Source: Tubiluchus corallicola (taxonomy: Eukaryota > Animalia > Priapulida). Taken from it: a DNA stretch of 64,000 bases. A program made the position numbers and the translations under genes. Positions within the stretch are counted from its first letter, which is position 1. Each line of letters begins with the position of its first letter. This document shows, in pieces, positions 33,501 through 43,800 of the stretch. The stretch is from assembly GCA_030141605.1 (NCBI GenBank), contig JAQGDQ010001081.1, positions 626 to 64,625 on the forward strand. The letters are read 5' to 3'. The notes under the pieces are model-generated. The model was not told the origin of the DNA and did not search any database. It saw nothing but the letters and a program-made list of their open reading frames with translations.

Positions 33501-36059
33501 GAAGAGATTCATCCTAATTCAAATATTCTAGATAGAACTATGCTGCTGAAGGAATCACAAATAATTGACAAAAAGTTAGAGGAGGAATCCTCGGCTAACC
33601 AGCAACCAACAAACTCTATCTCTTTGGACAATGGTGAAATTGTCAGCAATTTTCCAGAATCTTTTACAAACTATGTCCCTAGACATCGAGCAACTCCTCG
33701 ACCAGCTATCCCCTCAGTATTTACGCGTCACTGTGAAGACGCTGTAAGAAGTCTTCTTAATAAGGAAAATCAACAAAGACAAGAAGAGTTGACTGACGAT
33801 CAAATGATATTAGCTTCGGAAAAGTTTACCAGGGTTGATGGCAACCATTTAAACCAGAAAAAGTCTGATGTGACTGAGTTTATGACTAAGCACTCTGAAA
33901 ATTCTGATGAGCAGAAAAATGGTGCTCAAGTCTCTTCATCAGTTGCTCTTACAGGCGGTAAAAACGTATATGCTCCTGAGGATAATGTTATGCAAGAAAC
34001 AACAAGAAGCAGTGGAATACAAACAGAAACCGTGCATATCCCTACTCCCTATCCTTCCATATTCAAGAAAGAGCAAATGCTTTACATAAGAGAGAACAGT
34101 TTACAAACTATCACTGAAAGCTTTAAAGATCCAGGAAGTGCAGTGCCTTTGCATGTGACTGCAGATGTTAAGACACCTTTCTCTCAAATGATAAACCATG
34201 ATAAGATGGTGTTAAATCGACCTCCGATATTTGTTGACACTGTGCCAACTCCATGCACAGAAGAGTCAAAAGTCCGGTCTGATAGTCACTTCTTCGGAGA
34301 GACTTTATTACCATCGAATGCTCATAATCAGTCAGATTTTGATTTGACTCCTCTTAATGTAAAAGAAGCTCAAAAACCTTTACTGCCAATTTCTTATTTA
34401 AATTTGCGGCAGATCGATCATGCAATAACTGCTGCATCTGCATCGATTAGAGAGGATTTGGATGAAAAAAAGCATGAAAACATTACAGGCCAAAGTGAAA
34501 TCCTTGAAGAAAAGCATTCCCCCCAAAGTATCGAAGCATCGAGCCATGTTTCATTTGAGTTTCAGGAAGATAAAATTACTATCGGAGATTCTAGTTTGCA
34601 GAACACTGCTGATAGAGAACAAGAAAAAAAAGACACTGTTCTTGTTACATCAACCAATATTCTCAAAGGTATGCTAGGAGAAATCAAAAGTATTGAATGT
34701 GGTGTGAAAACAGAGAAACAAGAAAAAAACCTTTGGGTTTCTTTTAACAATAATGAAATAGATAACATTCCATTGAAAGAAGTAAGGTCAAATGATGAAA
34801 CACCCGATATCAGTGGTCTATTTGCAGAAATCAATTATGCAAATTTTGATATAGCGTTTCCCAATAGAGAAACTGAAGAATATGCTAGAAACAAGGCTAA
34901 TGCTGTTCATAATTCAAATGAAAATAGTAGGATAAATGATAACAGTAATGTGAATGAAACTTTTGAACAGTCTTTCGAAAACATGCCTACCCAAGATCAG
35001 GAAGTACTGAACATAATTTCTCCCAAAGCAAAACCAATTTTTGAATCTTCACGATTGCTAAGTGTAGATCAGCCTCAGACTGAACCAGTTGAATCCTCTA
35101 TAGAGTTTAGTAACATCTATGATGATATTCCACTAGACGTTTCAACTGACATGATTGCCCACTATGCTGCCACTATGGACGAAATGCTGAAAAATGACAT
35201 ACACAGTCTTTTTGGGGATCGTGAAGAAAAAATTTATATTTTTGAAAAACCAGTAGATGATCAACAAAATAACGCCCAGATAAGAGAATTATCTCAAGCT
35301 AAGAAAGAAGATTTCTGGCATGCAAATATAGAAAATAATATTACTGAAAATGTTTGGGAGGCGGAAAATACTGCAACTACCTGCCATTCAGTTGCACATC
35401 ATCGTTGCCTTGAAAACAATAGGCCGACGCCACAAAATCATGCTGTTGATGTAGCGGATGTCGAAATACAAGAGTTCAAGGAATGCATTAAGGGGATTGT
35501 TAGAAAGAGCAATAATGAAGTCACTGGAAATTCCTTTGATGCAAAGCCCCCCCAAAACTCCAACGATGAAATGAACAGTTCAATCCCTGGCCTTGGATAT
35601 GGAAAGTTTGTTTCTTTCAGGAATGGCATTGAAGATGTGGAGTTTCTAAACGAACATACAGGTGGACCGCTAGCTATCGAAATCTCCGTTACTAGCTGCA
35701 CTGGTGAAGTCACCTCCAATGAGAAAATAATTGTTTATCCAAGGCTAGACGCTTCTGAACCAATGTTGGGGTCTAGTGGCCTTCAATTTACTGACAGCGA
35801 AGCATCAAGTTGGTATGATAGCGACGAGTTTGATTTGATGGTCTCAACAAAGGATGGGGGAGTCAGGAGAAAAAAGAAATCTCGTAAAAAGCACCAAAAC
35901 AAGGAACTCTGTGCAGAGAGAAATTGTAATGTAAATGCTAAAAAGCCTTCATTTTCTGACTGTCGTCCTTCTGGCAGTTTGAGTAAACAAGCAAAAAAAT
36001 TAGTTATCGTAGCTGATCCGCCAGTTAAAAACAATAATTTATGTTGCTGGCCTCTTTAA
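18394..36059 (+). CDS. Uncharacterised multi-exon gene: helical N-terminal region plus about 1380 aa S/E/D/T/N-rich disordered tail ending in a polybasic stretch and CCWPL
   Basis: Phase-consistent exons 18394-18560, 19673-19852, 21374-21499, 29426-about 29521; tentative 30075-30177 and 30449-30552 (phase link unresolved); terminal exon 31914-36059. The join between the small exons and the large exon is inferred, and no family is recognised. Confidence 0.7.
19673..19852 (+). CDS. Gene 2 exon
   Basis: ttatttcag|G GAA AAA ACT...GAC TG|gtaatt; 180 nt open frame, phase 2 to 2. Confidence 0.75.
21374..21499 (+). CDS. Gene 2 exon
   Basis: cttttag|G GTA CAT...AAT AG|gtacgc; VHLAATMGKLFITMTK...LEEILYLLIAAARN. 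Confidence 0.75.
   Translation, partial: GTFSSHDGKAIYNYDKDAHFSSFQTRYLGRDIISSYCRCSE
23400..26180 (-). pseudogene. LINE ORF2 remnant (AP endonuclease plus reverse transcriptase)
   Basis: Fragmented ORFs 25299-25694, 25007-25243, 24663-25010 and 24462-24644, plus RT core motifs at about 24070-24360. Confidence 0.92.
27082..28911 (-). pseudogene. LINE ORF1 remnant: coiled coil plus SGNH/GDSL esterase domain
   Basis: LQKQLEKLNELILNQNARLSKIE coiled coil; TLILGD(L), ILTCGVND and RDGLHFSRQG correspond to SGNH blocks I, III and V. Confidence 0.85.
29426..29521 (+). CDS. Gene 2 exon
   Basis: ttttag|C AAT GAA GGT; SNEGLEAIRGLKQFRVAANIVKWESWDNVYNIQ; donor ambiguous (29521 or 29525). Confidence 0.65.
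31914..36059 (+). CDS. Gene 2 giant terminal exon (4.1 kb)
   Basis: 1398-codon uninterrupted ORF in AT-rich DNA; acceptor tttactttttcag ending at 31913, phase 0. Confidence 0.9.
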   Translation, partial: NIVEDLLHKQIAAAETVECSRTDVLQSLTIATGDKELLDIEAACPPSPPPPTPASTSLFTGNDEETKFCYINETNRAKAKSSPVGMTVAKHTPSRASKIIDVQLLKEKLSVLAEYDEQVNLQEFSENEELCSFQEVAHDDPCYKFDKDTSETDAHHVHEFHNLSVVSEKEQMRCDSTVTDASAISADLDVFNAKAFCEELTTESSSVMPVSIATETVRSCSNDALFLFSKLEYNVTETEFHPAFETECDNTVQDTPLLASHSERLGSTVNLLTSESVGDSSNLITFSAKPDSTRDEHKSHLYNGVCRDVGSSFIHCSASEQEHVMIPLQNLNNISNVSSPDNLVNDLPTASITANPLSSPCESLNSSGSRTDLSVTGLMQSYQPSRSVESPFCHNDKELANGSYSWERRSKEAMERHNSCPAQLDKEASSVTLFCQADRKHSLAESNTSCKDTVLCATSLESVNLSHTESLEFLVDLKSQQQQLTDSSLSLAGSLTNVKDLQTSSVPPLKGYHFPEMHNEANANLSSVNEEIHPNSNILDRTMLLKESQIIDKKLEEESSANQQPTNSISLDNGEIVSNFPESFTNYVPRHRATPRPAIPSVFTRHCEDAVRSLLNKENQQRQEELTDDQMILASEKFTRVDGNHLNQKKSDVTEFMTKHSENSDEQKNGAQVSSSVALTGGKNVYAPEDNVMQETTRSSGIQTETVHIPTPYPSIFKKEQMLYIRENSLQTITESFKDPGSAVPLHVTADVKTPFSQMINHDKMVLNRPPIFVDTVPTPCTEESKVRSDSHFFGETLLPSNAHNQSDFDLTPLNVKEAQKPLLPISYLNLRQIDHAITAASASIREDLDEKKHENITGQSEILEEKHSPQSIEASSHVSFEFQEDKITIGDSSLQNTADREQEKKDTVLVTSTNILKGMLGEIKSIECGVKTEKQEKNLWVSFNNNEIDNIPLKEVRSNDETPDISGLFAEINYANFDIAFPNRETEEYARNKANAVHNSNENSRINDNSNVNETFEQSFENMPTQDQEVLNIISPKAKPIFESSRLLSVDQPQTEPVESSIEFSNIYDDIPLDVSTDMIAHYAATMDEMLKNDIHSLFGDREEKIYIFEKPVDDQQNNAQIRELSQAKKEDFWHANIENNITENVWEAENTATTCHSVAHHRCLENNRPTPQNHAVDVADVEIQEFKECIKGIVRKSNNEVTGNSFDAKPPQNSNDEMNSSIPGLGYGKFVSFRNGIEDVEFLNEHTGGPLAIEISVTSCTGEVTSNEKIIVYPRLDASEPMLGSSGLQFTDSEASSWYDSDEFDLMVSTKDGGVRRKKKSRKKHQNKELCAERNCNVNAKKPSFSDCRPSGSLSKQAKKLVIVADPPVKNNNLCCWPL

Positions 36060-38089
36060 CCGCAGCGACAGTATCATGATAGATCTATAACCAGTTTTGT
36101 TTTTTCTTTAGTAACATTCTCAAGTTTAAGCTTTCGAGATTTACTCACAGTTTAAGTAATTTAATATGTTGATTTTGTAGTCCTTTTTCCATATTTACCA
36201 TTATGTTTATATCTAAATGCAATCAGTATGCTTTTATGTGAAGGCACATTTTGAGGACTGATGCGGTGATCATTAAAATTAATTACAGTTTCTAAACTGG
36301 CAGTGAAACTATGCTTCTGATTCTGCTGCATTTTGCATTGTTTGGGTGTGTTTAATATGCTAACTAGTTTTGTTATAATTATAGGACTAATGGAATGTTA
36401 AGCTAACAAGAGGTTGATTAAATCCTATTGTAGTGTGAACTGTGAGGTTAAACTTTTATATAACTGCATTCTTTGTTTATTAATTACTGTTGCAGCTTAC
36501 TGATAGTATGTGATTTGTTTTGTATATGAGTATTATATATTATTGAAATACCTGTACAGGTTAATGATATCATAGACTTCGCTAATTTATTTTTGTAATC
36601 GTTAATCTAGCAATCTCAGTTTGAGAAGACAAAATGTCTTGCAATGTTATTATGCAAATTATAGTTTGTTTTAGATTTAATTGTTGTTGTGTTAAATTAG
36701 CCATCGTCTATGCACATATGTTTAGTGTTATGTCTTTGCCAAAAACTAATCCGTATTTTGCATTTCTGTATGTACTTAAAAAACACTTGATGCTAGCATG
36801 ATAATATATTTTTGTTATGGAGCTAATTATGATATTAACACCCGCTGTATAGTTTATAATTGTTTACAAATGTTGTGATCCACTAATCAGTGTGTTTGAC
36901 TAATTACTTCCTGAATTAATTTTTTTACAACCGGCTATGGCCACAGTTAGGATTCTTTATCAAAATAATTTCCATGCTTGAATGTACTTGTATACCAGTA
37001 CATAAAATCCTCACTAATCAAGCGTCAGCCGGTGTGTTGTAAACTGTTAAATTATAACCTGAAAATTTAGTAAGACTAATATACTTGCTATTCAAAAACA
37101 ATTAATTTTTCTTTATTGCTTATTATTGTATATGTTTTACTAAATTACACTACACATTAAAATTCACATTATTTTCACTCAACACTGGCCTGATTTTTAA
37201 CGACGTAATATCATCAGTACTGTGCTACGTACTCGGTATCCGTCAACTTTTTATAACACATCAGAACCCTTGGAATGATGCAATAGTGGACTCATTGATT
37301 GATTGCGTTATACGGCTGCATGGATATCAACGTTTAAAGCTTTATTAAGGCTTCGCTCACTCATCGCATGCTAATATGTTCTTGTACAATGTAAGTGTAT
37401 AAAATTATAAATGTAACTTCTTGAGTGATCGCCCGGACTGTCTGCAAAACTGTTGTATAACAAGTTACAATACCATCGTCAACAGGAAAATTTTGACTCA
37501 GTTTAATTGGTCATTTAATTACTTAATTAACTCATGGCTGTGCCATTTAAAACTTTTACGTAATGTACTTACTTAATTCAGACTTTATATTGATTAAATT
37601 TACACGTCTTTATTGTTGAGATTACCGACTTTATTATGCATTAAATGAATAAATATTACGTTTTCAGTTATGTACAGATTTTTGACATTGAAGACATTAA
37701 ATAATAATAAAATTAATATTAATTTCATGGAGATTAAATATTGCATAAGATAGTGTGTTTCATGAAAAGTTAGATTGAAATGCTGAATTCGTTGCACATA
37801 TATACGAGGTTAACGTAGCTAGAAATTAATACTAATTACGTTAAGTAAATTTAAATGAAGATGACTTGTAATACAAATGATATCCTTGTAAGCTGTTCAA
37901 TTTTTAAAGCTTCGAAGCTAATCATAGTAATAAATTACTTCACTTTTTATATTTTAAATATATCTAGGACATAAATTAAAGCACTTCATTTCAGTAACAA
38001 TACTCAAGATATACATGCGCAGTTTGCTCTTCCACTATTCAGAGGAATGAGACAAAAGCAACAAGAGTATTAAACTGCATCATCTGTAT

Positions 38090-38945
38090 GTAGTAAAAAT
38101 AGCACAGGAAAAAATGACATAGATGGAAATTAGGTAAAAATGGCACACTTAGAGCACGTGTTTAGAGTTAGAGCAAAGTGGGTGATGACTATTTTAGTTA
38201 TTTTTACCTCTGCGGTGGAAGTTATGCTTCAACACAGGTTGTATGCTTGGTTGTTTTTTGTCTGCTATGGCAGTAATACCAAAATACGAATATTTACGCC
38301 AGTTCTGTTTTTGGAAAAAATTGACCGAAAAAATAATCGTGAAACACTTCGTGGAGGTCTCAGAGGGAGTGTTTAGTATTTTTTGTTATCCTCCTGGACA
38401 AACAACTACGAGTTAGTTCTAGTTCCATTTCGAGCAATTCTCGTTTGTAAAACCACGCAACGTTGTCCAGATGACTTGGTGCGTATATATTTGCCAATCT
38501 CAAAAATTAATGGTTAAAAAGGTAGATAAACACTATGTGGAACATTCGTGAATTACTGAATGTACATATAAATCTATTTAATGAACACATTTTTTGTGAG
38601 TCTATTGCTAGTTTACATACGTAATGCCAATACATGTACATTTTTGTATACTTGCTTGTTTATATTTGTGTTAACTTTTTTAATCAAAAGAATCAGACGA
38701 ATAAGTTTAGGATTGTTCGGCTTTGTCAGAGATCAGCTTCCTACTGAGCACATTCTAGCTTTATTACAGAAATCTATTGCATCAAAATAACGTGCCATTT
38801 TTCCTACTTTTCCATTTGTGCCATTTTCCTGTGCTATTTCTACCTACTTTTACATTTATGCCACTTTTCCTATGCGATTTTCGTCTTGCCATTTTTTCCT
38901 TTGCCATTTTTACTGTGCAGTTTTTCCTGTGCCATTTTCCTGTAC
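38090..38945. mobile_element. MITE/foldback-like element with arms built from TGTGCCATTTTTCC-type subrepeats
   Basis: The reverse complement of 38093-38146 (GTGCCATTTTTACCTAATTTCCATCTATGTCATTTTTTCCTGTGCTATTTTTAC) aligns with 38792-38843; further subrepeats run to 38945. Confidence 0.75.
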
Positions 38946-39301
38946 CACACACCGCATCATACGTATAAAGTTTTGTGTAGCATGTTCATGCATGCACATC
39001 AATGTTTCACCAGCATTTCCTTGTGTGATCTTAAATTATTAACTCACTGGATGACTTAGTTTCTTGAGTTGCCGACAAATCCACTTTTCCTTTAACAATG
39101 TGCCATTCTAAAAAAACGTTTATAATAAAAAGTGTCTACACTCAAACAAACATTCAGTCAAAAGTATTAAATAATATCCTGCAAACTTGGTGGAATGTTA
39201 AAATCACATCAGTAAATTTTCAAGGCGGGTCGTCCAAGCATAAATAATTAAACACTTAATAAGTAACATAACAAACCAAATTGTTTCGGGCATTTTTTAG
39301 T

Positions 39302-40882
39302 TTAAACAAGGGATTCTCTGGCTTCCTGTAAGGATCGCCACCAGTCACTATGTGAAAGAGAAACTGAACTGGAGAAAGTGCTTTCCTCCAGTCTTGCAGT
39401 TTCTCTTTCTATTTGCTCTCTCAGACACTGCAATGTCATTAATAGTCTCTGTTTGCGATATAACATCAGCTGACACCGAAACTGAATTATTTCCTCCTTC
39501 CACAAATGATGCTTGTCTAGTGGCTGACTGCTTACACGACACAATCTTTGCATATCTCTCGATCTTTTTCTGTAACGTGCTTGTTCCACTGGTAGGCTTG
39601 GTTGACTTCCTGCAATTCCATGCCTCAACTGCATTTCTATAAGATGTTGAACATCGGTCAAGCTCCGAACTCTCTCTTCTTTATCTATTTTCATCCTCAT
39701 GTGTCTGTGCATGCTGGTATTGCTCGATAAAGAACCATTGCTCCGATAAACCGAAGCCGAAGAACTAAAATTTGAAGTAAAGTCATTTAAAATATTAGGA
39801 GATGGGCGAGACGTATGTTTCTGATCTTCCATTAACAGTGTGCTGGACTGAGCATAAGAGTCATGATAAGCATCCATATCACCTTCGTGAATAATTTCAT
39901 CCGTAAAACTGGCATCTTTGCTATTGAATTCCTCATTATCAGCTAAATAAGAATCGATGACATCTTCAATTGACTCGGTAACACTTCTCGTAATACTGAC
40001 TGCATTGCGTGCATCTCTAATACCAGATTCGTTATTGCAAGACATTTGTGGTTCTACCATTTTGAGAGTGTGGTCATCTTGGGGCGTACTTGGTTCAGAA
40101 TTTGATAGCTGTGTTCCTGTATTACTTTCGAAGCCGGAATCGTTCAGTTCAGTTTCTTGCAGTAAAGATTTATTGTGCTTAGCAGGTGAACCTTTATCTG
40201 GTGAATTAGACATTTTATATGTGATATTTACCTTTGTCCGCTTAAAGTCGTACGGACCCTCTTCGCTGTCAAAATCAAGTGATGTAACTGAACTGCTGTC
40301 ACCTAAATATGCTTCTTCCTCATCTTCTCCTCCTGACTCTGACGAAATGTCAGACATTTCATCATCATATAGATCTGCTATATCTGGTGGTGCAGGCCAT
40401 TCAATTCGTGCTTCTCCTTTAAGTACTGATCCACCTGAATTTTGCACTTTTTCAATTGATGCTTGAAATGATCGTTTCTGTGGTCCAACCCATGGATTTG
40501 TTTTGATCATGCTACGGCGTATGTTCTTTTCTTTCTGCGTTTCATTCGCTTCTTCTGAATCGGTTGTTGTTTCTTCTTTTGATCCGTATCCTGCATCTTG
40601 ACTGCTTGTGTCAGAATGGCTTGCATCAATAGAGACATTGAAGAAGCAGCCGTTCCCTCCCCGCAGTACCATGCCTGTTAATCCACGATATGACTTCTCT
40701 TCATTTGTACCACTGCCATCAATGATTTGCAGAGCATCATTGCTTACTTCAACGTCATGCTTCTTGCTGTTATCCTTTGACTTGTTTTTAAACGGGTTTT
40801 CTTTTATTTTTGCACGTTTCTTGCTTCTGTCCAAAGTAGAAACGAGCCAACCCCGCAGTCGCCTCATTGTGAAACTATACAC
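39302..40882 (-). CDS. Uncharacterised protein (gene 3), large terminal exon of about 526 codons; acidic and Ser-rich, with a C-terminal coiled coil
   Basis: 528-codon ORF; minus-strand acceptor ctttttgcag|GTG at 40882 (phase 0); first ATG at 40867; motifs RRSMIKTNPW, WPAPP and LQCLREQIERETARLEE. Confidence 0.85.
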   Translation of the reverse strand: MYSFTMRRLRGWLVSTLDRSKKRAKIKENPFKNKSKDNSKKHDVEVSNDALQIIDGSGTNEEKSYRGLTGMVLRGGNGCFFNVSIDASHSDTSSQDAGYGSKEETTTDSEEANETQKEKNIRRSMIKTNPWVGPQKRSFQASIEKVQNSGGSVLKGEARIEWPAPPDIADLYDDEMSDISSESGGEDEEEAYLGDSSSVTSLDFDSEEGPYDFKRTKVNITYKMSNSPDKGSPAKHNKSLLQETELNDSGFESNTGTQLSNSEPSTPQDDHTLKMVEPQMSCNNESGIRDARNAVSITRSVTESIEDVIDSYLADNEEFNSKDASFTDEIIHEGDMDAYHDSYAQSSTLLMEDQKHTSRPSPNILNDFTSNFSSSASVYRSNGSLSSNTSMHRHMRMKIDKEERVRSLTDVQHLIEMQLRHGIAGSQPSLPVEQARYRKRSRDMQRLCRVSSQPLDKHHLWKEEIIQFRCQLMLYRKQRLLMTLQCLREQIERETARLEESTFSSSVSLSHSDWWRSLQEARESLV

Positions 40883-43800
40883 CTGCAAAAAGCAAGATGC
40901 AACTTCTGTTAAATTAAGCGTTTTTAAAGTACAATTCTCGCATGTTTAAACTTCCGCATTTGTTCAAAACGAAAACGTAAAAATTTGTTTATTTCATTTC
41001 GTTTATAATCTTGTCCACATCCAATTTCGTCCAACTCGATTTTAGAATCCTCGCAAATCTTTCAATCAAATAAACTGATTTATCGTGCCAGCCGCTTGTT
41101 AAAGCGCGGAACATCGGGGAATATTTTATCAGTAACTTCAGAGATATATTTGGTCTATTGGGAAACCAAACTTAATGATAAACGGGCAATTAAGTTTCCC
41201 GGTCGCTTACACTGCCGTAAAGTTCTGAAGCAAACTGATGAGAAATTGATTGAATTATTGGAAGTGGGTCGTGTAGTGCAGGTCCGCAGAGTAATAAAGT
41301 AAAACAATAGGAATAGCACTGAACAAGATAGCCGTATTAACAGACAATCGAGTAGAATAGCCAGAAGTTAGAAACATTGATCAAAACGTTTTTAGCCAAT
41401 AAAATGGATAAATATCACAGCGATCTTATAAAATTAAGGTGTGGCCATAGATGAGATGGCAGAAAGCACTAACGAGAAAGAAAAAAGGAGTCAAACAGAA
41501 AACACCTTGTAGGCTGTAGCGAGCCTACCATATGAATGGATGAATTCATATAAATCCATTAATAATTAAAAAGTAGGCCTAAGCAGATATACTGTAGTAA
41601 ATAAAGTGCTAGCGACATAGAGGTTATAAAGGTTCGTTTTCTACAATATCATTTCTTATGACTTAATACTTTTAATTTTATATCCATTGTAAATGGTCCA
41701 GCAGTAGTAACAACTACATGTACAGTACTAGCAATGTTGTAGTAAACGTTACTAAATGATTACGCATCAGTTTTTATGATACATGAAAACTTTGTACTTT
41801 AACTGCCTCTTTTTAAGAAGAAAATCTAGCAAAGAATTAGTGTTAAGTAGTCTTGTTCACAATTATATTCAGTAACAGGTAGTTAACTTGTTTTATTTTA
41901 TTGCTTTATTTTTAAATACCCTGCTTTGTTTGTCAACGACTTTCTATTAGTTTAATGTTTCACTAAAGCCTGCGTATTTGTGGTTTCTTCCAAGCAGCAG
42001 ACTTGGTTATTTTTTCTGTGCGAAATATGATTTTTTGTCTGTCTTTTACTGGGCAATGTTATTTTTCAAATTGCAACATTGGCAAAAATGATTTTTGCCA
42101 GAATTTTTCACGTCGTATAATGCGGGAGACACACAGTAGACTGGATTATAATGCACGTTTTACTGGCGTTCAGAATGACATCATAGCTAGATCGAATACG
42201 TTGGACTGATGGGGCATTTTTCGTGCGCAACAAATAACAGTAATATTTCACACGAGCTTCACTCTATAGCCTGAAAACAAGCACATTTTTCTTAAACCTG
42301 TAAGAAAGCACTAAAAACTCTAAAATAAAGTGCTATTAAAAATAAATTCGTGGCATGTATTATTTGTCTGCGTTAATATTTGATTACATTTTACTTAAAT
42401 GTTACCACAAAGATACGCTCGGTGCGACGCCAAAGGAAGTAATTTCATTATTCAGTACTAAAAATTTACTGCAATTATTTTACCCCAATCGATTTATTCT
42501 TTCCTTAATGATCAAGCTTTTCCCACAGCTGAGCCGCTTTTCAAGACTGAAAGCTGCAAACGTTTTTTAAGTATTCAGTATTTCAGTATTTAAGGCATTC
42601 TGAATTTCAGATGTTTACAATGACAATTTCTCATCAGAGGAAAAGAGGAAAATGTAATAAGCTGCATTTAATTAAATTTGTAAATGTTTGTCAGTAAAAT
42701 ATTGGCAAGTAAGCTTATAGCTGTATTTGCCACTGTGCAGTTTTGGACGTCTGGTTGACCTAAAATGCCAAATCATGTCGTTAAAGAAGCTGACAAGGTT
42801 TGGCTAACAAACGGAGTATATAATTGTCTAAAAACAGCGAAATAGTATAGTACGTCTGTCCTAGCTGCCTTGGTTTATGTAAAGGTATTGACAAATAAAG
42901 GAAAGGCAGCTAAAGGCAAGACCTTCTTTAAAGTAGTTATTACAGCCACTTTATTTAAAAAATCTCTTCTGCCCTGCGAAATTAACAGACAGCCATATAA
43001 TCAGTCCAAATTATTTGAATGCGACTCATAACTGACTGTTTCTCTAACAAAAAACAACAATAAACCGAGAATAATAAGAAAGTTCTTTTGTCACAAGAAA
43101 ACGGGTGATAACCAATTACGTCGTTGCGTGCAACTGGCAAAAAGTATACCGCATCATATGCGTTATGTTGGATAACCTGACTGTAAGCTATGTAGCTTGA
43201 AGCTTTTGTCACAAATCAATAAACGTTTAGGCAAATAGCGTTCTTACGACATCAAAAAGCCTTTATTGATTATGACAGTAATTGTTTCAAAATTCTTCTA
43301 AGTTGGTCCCTGTTGTCGCTAATAGCTTCGCAAGGGTATGTCTAGTTTAAGACTCTAGAGCTAATACTTTCGAGGATCTATTATATTTAGTTAACAGAGC
43401 AAACTAAACAAAACAAATGTGCCACGCATTTATCAGTTCTCAATTCAAGCAGATTATTCAGTTTTTTATGTGCTGAAATAAACTTTAGATAAATAAGAAA
43501 TAAATATTAAGCTTTTCATGCTTACAATAACTTTAACAGATAAGGTAAAGTTTGTGACAGCTGCACCTAAAAGTCTAAAACTGTGCTTATAGTTATGTAC
43601 TACAAGTTATGAACGGAAGAAAACAACCGTATTACGACGATCACCACACTAAGGCAAACAGCAATAGTCGACAAAAAGTTCTCGTGGCTGTGGTTTGCGC
43701 CCCAGTCGCAAATCATTCGTGCGAAGTTCTAAATAATTTTTTTGCGAATTTGGATTTTTTTCTCGGGCGAAAATCGCGAGAATGTCGCACGGCCAGATAC

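Noticed and set aside
31888-36034. Short antisense and alternative-frame ORFs within the giant exon (likewise 39348-40949)
   Set aside because: Shadow ORFs of a long coding frame, with no independent signals
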